A DNA stretch of 64,000 nt from a virus: positions 32,001 to 96,000 of the IMG/VR virus record IMGVR_UViG_3300033148_004740. One strand, given 5' to 3'. Below, in pieces: positions 40,101 to 48,100 of this stretch. Below the pieces are notes generated by a model that made no database searches, was not told the DNA's origin, and was given only the letters and a program-made list of their open reading frames with translations. A program made the translations under genes and the position numbers. The first letter of the stretch is position 1; each line of letters starts with the position of its first letter.

Positions 40101-40173
40101 AGTTCTGTCCTACGACCGTACTAAAGGACGACCGAAAGACTGTGATCATTACGTCAGTATCTACGAAAGCCAT
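37123..40173 (-). CDS. Virion protein with Ig-like (Big_1-type) and LamG/concanavalin-A-like domains
   Basis: LVATVKNSAGEALEGQTVTF...TGASGKA (Big_1-like, ~38880-39110); IGLWHFDGNTNDSSGNG...YDEVRFSN (LamG-like, ~37380-38060). Confidence 0.65.
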   Translation of the reverse strand: MAFVDTDVMITVFRSSFSTVVGQNSIYVSEEHPGSNKKIQGWQWDRRTWPTDREFQASATISTLWDPTTSGISDNLWQSGYGDNDDLAQATILPVYVSDWRAWVPRVHSGYFYNYEDEWYLFSDEYQSHDFLRDSTVSGLQFIDLQFDPKPTYPIQVRRFRYNKVENKHYADLDFRKRLELTTSDSPEFKVDATNFSPPRVWLNNDWTDEIGSVAGGTPTVTEVSGLELVGISSGDVEQQFHLVYSPVPEDTTVTVWSYSDADMLTEWTSISGLDEFTSSGQEVWIDNERGVLAFGDVSLVPPAGDRIVVHYWAGQSVFYEPNFAGEWINDSNADLNPLSALSKGFVQVQTAESEVASIVLTAELPTGSPYQINVGNNIGRLVATVKNSAGEALEGQTVTFDLQAPILGTFGTETSISSATGASGKAFALYSPPSTVEDIGTFTTDVVIDPGVSATVSVSGISEPTSVSGVWVYKVWQDDKILGIPEARLETYYTDYLNDNDLPVSGQADIDYEILFREMHGLGTPETYSVGDISTGKKTLVTVSGEDIIDPRTGTFTGVALGPRYSDSISNTGSDEDPVYSLVFTPDTALEEPGINLTKSYFVAVEGSTSARAYVVNQRSGRRIYSNTIDLNILITEEANGTKYVSAIDDVVSGVLARIRDIDDVIDTEILATQSDWYSSYLEERSGDMIASYLPYTSTSGEDIETIGLWHFDGNTNDSSGNGLNLINIDAVPTSSGLSQGAYDVQASGQCFQASGLMTAAENQGAEGTFEFNYKSNVLYVGDTDKTDMLLLYTWGNLSYSNTILFGFWKWTSTGDSYLRCVLQLSDDDIGWIGVKLDDLFSSRDELLDWHHYKLVWLFDEIDPAYYGASVSGILSYGIHIDGIEVASGVELTSGPAAIADGADSGIFAGYPTDSIGTPLGLYDEVRFSNGARLTNTTLTVSGYDFVGESYINWFRRTHKADSVTLGLDHIELTAAPGDIPLGFRLKSAGITVASEIDQVTYINPNEYLISGYYE

Positions 40174-41039
40174 TACTTACCCCAAGTCGAAGGGAATACA
40201 GAAAGAAGCTCGTTCACAATATCTGCTCCGAGTTCATTCGGTAAACCGTCATATCCTGTTGGACTCTGTTCGAACATCTTAGTTTTGAAGTCATCAGACT
40301 GCAAGTTGTGTAAGATCACAGGACTTGCCTCGACAACAAGATCATCATTACGGTATTTGTATCGCACGGTGGAACCTGGCGCTGGAACCACTGTTGAAAA
40401 AATGGTACCAGAGCTGAGGTCGATGTAATACTGCCCAGCTCGAGTCATCAAGCTCTCAACTGCAACGCGCTGAGTCATGTTGGTAGACTCCACCGATACT
40501 GTGTCTGGGATCAGATTCACATTTGCCAGCTGAATCCGCACACCCTTGTCTGAAATATCCTCTATCTCTACCTGGACTATCGAGCTCTGGTCAAAAATAG
40601 TCATAGAACGATCAGTGGCTACAGCATCAGGAAGAAGGGTAACAGTAAACAAGCCAGTAGCATTAATTCGATCTGCCAGCTCCTGAACAGTGCGTGCCCC
40701 TCCAGCCCTTTCGTACCTATCTAGCGTGACTAGGACTGTATCAGGATAGTCAGAATAGAGAGTACACTTGGTCTCTTCAAAGACTATGGCTGGCATAGTT
40801 AGCCCTGAGTTGGGGACTATTTGCATGACCTCAGTGACAGAGAGCCCTAGTTCTCGAGTGATACCATTGATGAGTCCACGATAGGAAGCATTGGCGCGAT
40901 GCACAAAGACATCCATCAGCCGGAGACGATACTCGGCATTGGTCTCTTCCTCGAGACGTGCCAAGCTCATGGTCAGACCGTGCTGGTCAAACTCATTGAA
41001 GACATGATATGGAGCGGGTGTTGCAGTGATCTTAGCCAT
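40173..41039 (-). CDS. Baseplate wedge-like protein
   Basis: FDQHGLTMSLARLEEETNAEYRLRL resembles the P2 gpI-type wedge helix motif; adjacent to the baseplate J-like gene. Confidence 0.5.
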   Translation of the reverse strand: MAKITATPAPYHVFNEFDQHGLTMSLARLEEETNAEYRLRLMDVFVHRANASYRGLINGITRELGLSVTEVMQIVPNSGLTMPAIVFEETKCTLYSDYPDTVLVTLDRYERAGGARTVQELADRINATGLFTVTLLPDAVATDRSMTIFDQSSIVQVEIEDISDKGVRIQLANVNLIPDTVSVESTNMTQRVAVESLMTRAGQYYIDLSSGTIFSTVVPAPGSTVRYKYRNDDLVVEASPVILHNLQSDDFKTKMFEQSPTGYDGLPNELGADIVNELLSVFPSTWGK

Positions 41040-42633
41040 CAGTCTCTACTGTTACCTCGCTGTAATCTTCTTTGAAATAGAGCAGTTTCTGTTGGTAATC
41101 TATCAGCATTATATCTGTGTGCAGACCAATTTGATAGTAACTAGAGGCAGTTCGAACCCACATCTTCTGATCAGCGTCAAAGTCAATACCAAGAATTGGG
41201 CTCAACACAAGGGAGCTTAGGTCGATAGTAGCCAGAGGAAGCCTGTGGTTGACAGAGACAAGTACTCGGTCTGAGTGCTCAGTCTCGTCTACATAGACGG
41301 CGTCGAGTCCTAATAGGTACTCTCCGTAGTTAGAAGCTGTGACGCTCAGGACATTAGTCAGTGTACGGACCAGTCCACGGTCTACGATATAGGAGTCGGC
41401 AATCCATGTCTGCCAGGCGCTCCCATCCCAGTAGTATTTGTCTCCATCAGGTTGCTGGTACCAGACACGATATTTGAGCAGCTCTTGGATAGGACGGCGA
41501 TACCAAGGGATGAAGTCTATACTCTCACCCTGGAGCACCCACCGCTCTTCTATGTCAATCTGAACATGGGTCCCATCGGTTCTGTCTCTGAGGAGGTTTA
41601 CTCCACTGACCATTTCTGAGATAGCATCATAGCAGTAGAGAATATTGGCATCGTCTACGATCCAGGCTCTCTCTGTGAACGGCTGTAGTGCCATATCGAC
41701 AGCAGTAACCGTAGCCCAGCTACTGTCCAAGAGTTCCCAGCTTTCGCTTGCCTCTTTTTCAACAACACCTAGGATCAGCTGCTCCCACTCGTCTGAGGTA
41801 TAGCGGACCTTCTCGAGGTAGGATTTCCCTCCTGAGCTATCCAGTCCCCAGAAGGTATCGATCTTCTTGCGCTGCGCAGACCACTCGAGGTTCCACTTGT
41901 CAAGATAGTCCTCTTCTTCAAACTCAGCAGAGGCAATCGTGAAGACTACATCAGGCTCAACATCTCTGGCCTCAATCTTTGTCAGGGTCTTCCATTGTCT
42001 GAGGGACTTCTGTCTCTGGTCCCATGGGAAGATGATTGTCTCTTGGTCAGTAAGACCAAATCGAGTAGTTCCATGAAGGATAAGCTTGGCACGTCGGAGC
42101 TCATCAGCCGAGACCTGAAGGTATTGTGTTCCTCCGTCTGCCTCGACAAAGATGTCACCTCCGCCCAGGTGATGAGACCACTCACCAGATACACAGTAGT
42201 CAGAGGCCGTGAGCTCTACTAGGTTGTGGTCTCCGGTGACCGTGTCATCCAGGGTAGCCCTACTAGGGATAGAGTCATACCAAAAGCTCTCGATGTCATT
42301 ACCCGCAGCCACAGGGACCTCATAGTATGTACTATCAACTAGGCCACTAACAGTAGGAGCAGTAGGGACTGGGCCAGCTGGGTCAGATACATCCTCATCA
42401 AAAGTGAAGGTGGTAGGAAGTGCAACACGATGGATCTGACCAATCTCGTTCATGTTGGCCGTAAGAAGAAACTGATTAGCTCGCATCTTTGCAAGCGCAC
42501 GGTCTACTGAGTCAAGAGGACCAGCCATACTATTGAGTAAACGATATCCGATGGACTGAGAATCCTCTCTAGTCCTTGACCAAGGAGGATAGATATTCGT
42601 GAGCTCTTGTGTTACTGGTCGTCTCTTCGCCAT
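41032..42633 (-). CDS. Putative baseplate protein
   Basis: Position directly after baseplate J; N-terminal YPPWS...YRLLNS helix motif. Confidence 0.4.
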   Translation of the reverse strand: MAKRRPVTQELTNIYPPWSRTREDSQSIGYRLLNSMAGPLDSVDRALAKMRANQFLLTANMNEIGQIHRVALPTTFTFDEDVSDPAGPVPTAPTVSGLVDSTYYEVPVAAGNDIESFWYDSIPSRATLDDTVTGDHNLVELTASDYCVSGEWSHHLGGGDIFVEADGGTQYLQVSADELRRAKLILHGTTRFGLTDQETIIFPWDQRQKSLRQWKTLTKIEARDVEPDVVFTIASAEFEEEDYLDKWNLEWSAQRKKIDTFWGLDSSGGKSYLEKVRYTSDEWEQLILGVVEKEASESWELLDSSWATVTAVDMALQPFTERAWIVDDANILYCYDAISEMVSGVNLLRDRTDGTHVQIDIEERWVLQGESIDFIPWYRRPIQELLKYRVWYQQPDGDKYYWDGSAWQTWIADSYIVDRGLVRTLTNVLSVTASNYGEYLLGLDAVYVDETEHSDRVLVSVNHRLPLATIDLSSLVLSPILGIDFDADQKMWVRTASSYYQIGLHTDIMLIDYQQKLLYFKEDYSEVTVETDG

Positions 42634-43857
42634 TTAGATAACCACCCTAAACAAGATAGGTGTTGCTCCCGCATACTGATTTTCTACAAGTAGCTTTTCA
42701 TCGGCCTCAGGCAAGAAGTCAGTCAGAAGAGTATTCCGCACCTTGTTATCCTCGAGGCTCGAGGGCCTATGAATGAACACTTTGTCAAATGGTTTAGTAG
42801 TGGTCCCTACGTTCTTGATAAGATCGGAGGTAGAGAGAACGCGCTCTATCATCTCGTTGAAGATAAGCTGTTCTCCAATGTCTAGATTGTCGATATAGGT
42901 AGAAACATTGGTAGTCACTGAAGAGACGATCGATGCCTGTTCATCAGAGGTTGCGCGGTGCTTCAGAGTGAGGTCCCCAATCATTGAAACACCTATCTCT
43001 CTAGGACCTCGAACAGAAGACACGTTCCCATATCCTTGATTTTTCCAGACAGCCTGCCATACAGCCTGTTCTAGAGAAGCAGAGACCGAAGGAACCGTGG
43101 CCTTGATGAGAACATCAAAGCTTCCAATGCCATGGAAGTATGGAATGAGAGATACGTCTGCTACACCTGGCACTGCCAGGGCTGTGAGGCGGATAGAGGT
43201 TTGGTTGGCTCTCTCAGCAGCGATGACCTGATTAGACAAGCGGAAGCGATAGTTAGTATCACCCTCGATCTCCCTCCCTACGTTGATCTCCCCTTCGTTG
43301 TTAACCTTCAGAGAGTTGTTCAATGAATCCGTGTAGTCAGTAAAATCATGATGAATAAGCTGACCCGCACCTACGTTAGCAGCAGCCCCAGGCCTGATGG
43401 CCTCTACTGCTACAAAGCTCTCGGACTGGTCAGAGGGGAGCAGTGTCTGAAATGGAATCCGATAGGTGATACCTGAGCCAGCACTACCTGTGCTAACCAC
43501 TCTTCCTGCAGGAAGAATAATAGAGCTACTCGAGTTAATGGTCCCAAAGGTCCCAAGATCTACATAGAAGCGGACTAGACGGTCAGCTGCAGAGATAGAA
43601 GATGTGGTCTCTCCATGCCGAGGAAGACCAAGCATCTGGCCGATGAAATCTAGATACTTTGCGTTAGCACCGTCGATGAAACCAAGAGCAATGTTCTGAT
43701 CAAAAGTCTTCCACTGACGACCTAGCTTCTTGCTGAGTGCCTGGACAAGTGCACGAGTCTTACTACCTGGAGAGGTTCTTGTGATGTTCGTATTGTTAAC
43801 AACATCGAAGAGCAAGTCTCCAAATATCTTGCTCTCTGACTCAGCGAAAATAGGCAT
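42634..43857 (-). CDS. Baseplate J-like wedge protein
   Basis: YLDFIG, VEAIRPGAAANV and GREIEGDTNYRFRL...ALAVPGVADV motifs of gpJ-family proteins. Confidence 0.85.
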   Translation of the reverse strand: MPIFAESESKIFGDLLFDVVNNTNITRTSPGSKTRALVQALSKKLGRQWKTFDQNIALGFIDGANAKYLDFIGQMLGLPRHGETTSSISAADRLVRFYVDLGTFGTINSSSSIILPAGRVVSTGSAGSGITYRIPFQTLLPSDQSESFVAVEAIRPGAAANVGAGQLIHHDFTDYTDSLNNSLKVNNEGEINVGREIEGDTNYRFRLSNQVIAAERANQTSIRLTALAVPGVADVSLIPYFHGIGSFDVLIKATVPSVSASLEQAVWQAVWKNQGYGNVSSVRGPREIGVSMIGDLTLKHRATSDEQASIVSSVTTNVSTYIDNLDIGEQLIFNEMIERVLSTSDLIKNVGTTTKPFDKVFIHRPSSLEDNKVRNTLLTDFLPEADEKLLVENQYAGATPILFRVVI

Positions 43858-43869
43858 CAGTCAAACTCC

Positions 43870-44340
43870 TTAAGCAAAGTCGAATTCAGTCTGGCCCCAT
43901 GGAAGAACAAAGAGGCCCTGCTCAGTGCTATCAAATATGGTGGATACAACAATAGGATCTGATATGTCCAGCTGGTTATTAGTTGTTGCGATAGCCAGTA
44001 TCGAGATCGCAATCATAACCTTATATACACCAACTGGAATCACCCGAACACTCACGTCTTCAGAAAGCACTATACCAGCTGCTATGAGCGCTGTCTTCAC
44101 TCTGTCCTGAATTAGTTGACCCATTTCACGGGTGTTGGGTTCCCCAAGGAAGTCTGACAGGTTCGCCCCAATAGTAGGTTCACGCTCCCAGTCTAACAGT
44201 TCTGACCTAACAATGTTTGCAACCTCGTTGCGGATCGACTGGAGATAGTCATAGGAGGTGTCCCGAATGTCGCCATCGTCATCGATAGCATAGTCTCCGT
44301 CCCATGTGAATTCCAGATCAATACTGTCATAGTCACTCAT
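43870..44340 (-). CDS. Baseplate wedge gp25/gpW-like protein
   Basis: GDYAIDDDGDI, Q..R....W...P..GANL..FLGEPNT pattern of gp25-like proteins. Confidence 0.7.
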   Translation of the reverse strand: MSDYDSIDLEFTWDGDYAIDDDGDIRDTSYDYLQSIRNEVANIVRSELLDWEREPTIGANLSDFLGEPNTREMGQLIQDRVKTALIAAGIVLSEDVSVRVIPVGVYKVMIAISILAIATTNNQLDISDPIVVSTIFDSTEQGLFVLPWGQTEFDFA

Positions 44341-44344
44341 GCGT

Positions 44345-44689
44345 TTATCCTAATGCGGCAATCATCACTACCAAGTTCTTTGCTGTAGAAGCAAATAGGG
44401 CAACGGGAGGAAAAGGAATACAGTTAGGGAACGGAGTCATCATGGTTTGAGGAATCATTCGGATCCAGTCGTTCATCTGGACAAACAAGCCTCCCATTCG
44501 AATATTCTCCGAGGTAGTACCAAAAGAGACAGAACCACCCATACTGATATAGACACCATTCTCATCTGCTGCAACGGCATTCTTCTTGTTGCCCACCAGG
44601 GCTACAGAGTTAGGGGTACACTGGAACCCTGCCTCTGCATTCTTAGTAGCTCGCCAAATTTTGAAGTTACGTTTCTGTGGATCAGCCAT
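44345..44689 (-). CDS. Small beta-rich protein, possibly spike beta-prism/tip
   Basis: Short beta-strand repeats; position between the OB-like gene and the gp25-like gene. Confidence 0.35.
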   Translation of the reverse strand: MADPQKRNFKIWRATKNAEAGFQCTPNSVALVGNKKNAVAADENGVYISMGGSVSFGTTSENIRMGGLFVQMNDWIRMIPQTMMTPFPNCIPFPPVALFASTAKNLVVMIAALG

Positions 44690-45105
44690 TAGAAAGACGT
44701 TAGACCTCCTCCCATTAATTTGTATGCTCCAGTCTTAACCTCATTCTCTCTATCTTCCTTGGTCAAGAAATCAACATCCTCGCCACCAATGATCTCAATC
44801 ATGGGCTTCCTGGCCCCGTGTCTGCCACGCCAATAGATGCGACACTTCATCCCCTTGCGTACTTGTCCCCAGCGAGTAAAGACATCCTCGAGATCATTGA
44901 GCAAAGGGACGTAAGCTCCGTTAGCAATCGTCTCTCCTGTTGCATGGTCGATGACCTTGACCTGCAGGTCCTCTTTTCGAACATCTTCAATCATGCCATA
45001 GGACATTCTATCTTCAGTCACACTAGGCTGTTCGGCCTTAGTGTGAGCTCCTTCAATAGCCGTGTGGGCTTTCGAGCGAGGAGATGAATATCCAAAAGAA
45101 GACAT
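44689..45105 (-). CDS. Putative spike N-terminal OB-fold (gpV/gp5-like)
   Basis: GMIEDV...QVKV...VPLL...VRKGMKCRIYW pattern; follows the hub gene. Confidence 0.45.
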   Translation of the reverse strand: MSSFGYSSPRSKAHTAIEGAHTKAEQPSVTEDRMSYGMIEDVRKEDLQVKVIDHATGETIANGAYVPLLNDLEDVFTRWGQVRKGMKCRIYWRGRHGARKPMIEIIGGEDVDFLTKEDRENEVKTGAYKLMGGGLTSF

Positions 45106-45107
45106 GA

Positions 45108-48100
45108 TTACCTCTCGGTCCCCGTTAACCAGGCAGAAAAACTACCTTGTGGTCGGAACCAGTTGTTTGGGTTGATTTTATCATACAGGTGTTCAGCGTA
45201 TAGTGGGCTAGTTGCTCGAGTCCTGCTGCTCCAACGAGCAACACTCTGGGCGAAGGAACCTTTATTGCTTCGCGTCGGAACCCCACCAAGCATTGGTTTT
45301 CCTTGAAGAACCAGGGGACTGAAGCGAAGAGGGTGGGCCAATTGACTACGGGTCAATAGCTTATCTAGGATAAATGTACCAATGAAGTTATGGCGAACGG
45401 CACCAACGATAGCAGTTTTTGCCAGGGTAGTCGCCAGAGCTCCAAAAGAAACGCTTTCAGAAGATTGAGCAAATGAGTTAGCTAAACCTTTAGCTGCGAG
45501 AGGGTTAGGGAGACCAAGACCAGGAACAAACACAGTGTGACCGCCTGTGCTGACGCCGGGCAAAGACCTTAATCCTATCTTGTTCAAAGCATGTTCAGCA
45601 ATTAGGCCCATAGCATCCATGGAAGCCATGGTAGTAACTTCGTTCACATGCACGCACATGCATGGAGTGATTTCCGTAATGAACCCATGCTGTTGCGAGA
45701 ACTTATGGACGACCTGTTCTACCTCAATGGGGCCGAACATATCATTGTACTCATCAAGGACATAGCAGATGTCATAGGGCTTGATACGAGGATTCCCAAT
45801 AATGATGATACTGCCACGATACCCATAGCCCATAGACTCCTTGAGCAGAGACTGGGCATACCGCTTAGCCGCTTCCTCCCCGATGCAGTTAGGATAGGAC
45901 GCAAACATCTCTCTCTTCTCTTCGTCCGGGATAGCGTCATCTACCCTAAGAGTGAAGGTCTCTGCCTCGTCAAGCTTGAGGGACTGTGTCTTTTCATCCG
46001 GTGATGGTTCATCATCTTCATATTGTACGGTACAAATATTGAAGGTGTTCCAGGAGGTAGACTTTATGTCATTGTGGATGATGTGCTGCGTGCTGGTTAG
46101 CACATGGTAGTTACGGAACGGCTTGATGATACCTCTGTCCTTCGACATCTGGAGCAAAGCTCGATTGACGACAACCTCTCGTAGGTCATCGTCTACGGTC
46201 TTAGCCTTTCCGGTAACAATGGCCTTAACTCTCTTACTCAGAGACTGATTAGCCTTGGTAGCATCAGTCACTTCTTCAAGAGCATCTACACTCTTGTCTA
46301 CAAATTTACTAACAGAATCATAAGCTCTGTCTTCTTTTCCTGTAGGCTTACGGGCAAAGTAGAGCTGGTTGGGGAGGCCAAAGAAGAGAGTCATGCGGGC
46401 ACCCCAAACATCATCATAGGGGACGGGGTAGGCGATCCAACCTGGGTGGCGTAGAGTCATCTCTTGGATAACGTCCCAAGCAGTCGCCCGATAGAGTTTG
46501 TATACTGTATTGTCGTACAGGCCATTCAGTCCAGAGTTACCAGTAGGAGCAAAGATGTTGTCGTCGGCAGGTGTAGGAATAATCTCCCACTTATTAGTCA
46601 ACAAGGCACGGGACTTGTCCTTTGGGTCAGCTGGATCCCAACGACCAAAATGCGTTATCTCTGGGGCAGCCATCATCTCTTCTAGAATTGTAGCCGTACT
46701 GGAGTCACCAGCACTGAACCAACCAGCACTAAATTCTTTGACATCTCCATAGACGTTCTGTACTAGCTCGATACCATAGCTCTGACAGGTGATCTCAATA
46801 ATGTCGTCAGAAGGTGAGAAGGAAACATCTGTGATTACTCCATTGAGAACCTTCTCGAGCTCGTCAGGTTGATTGTCGTACCCTAGTCTCAGCTGCATGG
46901 CAATGCCTGGCTGCAACATGAGAGAGGCAATTGGGTTCTCTAGGCCAGTATTAGCTGCGCCTGGTGCGAGACTTTCCTTCGCTAAAGTGTCATCGGCTTT
47001 CCTTGGCTCGGTCTCTCGTCCCTGTCCCTGGAACTTCCGGTTACTAAGGACACCAGAAACATTGGTAAGTCGGATGATAGCAAGATCAGCAGGGAGCTTC
47101 TTGTTTCGGACCACCTCAATATCAACGACTGAGCTATAGCCAAAGAAGTCATCGAACTTATACTTCTTCCGCTCCCCCTCATCTGACTCAATGAAGTAGA
47201 GCTTGAAGGTAGGATAGGCTCTCATAATAGAGTAGCCCTGTGTCTTGATAAGATCCTTCTCTAGCTGCTCGACACTCTTAGTGAACAAAGATTCGTTGGT
47301 GGGATCGAAGCCGACGATTGGGCCAGGAGACTTATGGAACTCACTATCTAGGACCTCGAGGGGAGGAAGGACAGAAGTCTTGTTCGCATTGGCTCGGACT
47401 TCAAAATGAAGATGAGCTCCTGTCGAGTACCCTGTGTTCCCTACTTTACCAAGAGGATCTCCCTTCTTGACATAGACTGGCTCGTTGCTCTCATAGAAAC
47501 GCTTAGACAATGCCTGAATCATTGGTTCGTCTGGCCACTGGAGATGTGTGTAGACAGTGCGGTAGCCTCCTGCATGTATCAGACGAATGGTGACTGCCGT
47601 ATCATGCTGCTTCAGCCGAATCTTTTCACGTAGTTTCAAAGGGTCTCTTCCCTGTGACTCTTTATACTCTCCCCAGGTCTCGTTGTAGGTAAGATACTTG
47701 TCCGGGATTACCTCTATCTTCCCATCTGCTGCGGCAAGGACCGTCAACAGTTTAGAAGTATTCCCAGGCCCACCGTTACGGACGATGTCAATCCCTCTAT
47801 GAGGAGCCGTGGAGATACCACCTCGGACCACACCGAAGTGACTAGATATATGCGTGTTCTCACTCTCAGATGTTGGCCAACCCCATTCAGGGTCTGCATT
47901 AGGATCTAGAGATGGAGGAGGCTTAACATAGGAAGAGGCAGGAAGATGGTCCAAGGTATCCTTGATTCCAAAGCGATGCTGTGCAACCTCTGCCCCGCGT
48001 GCACCTGTCATAGTCTTTTGGGGGCGAGTTTTTATGGTCTCGAGATAGAGATCTGCTCCAAGAGTAATTTTCTTCAGAGCCATCCCTCCTAACGTAGAGA

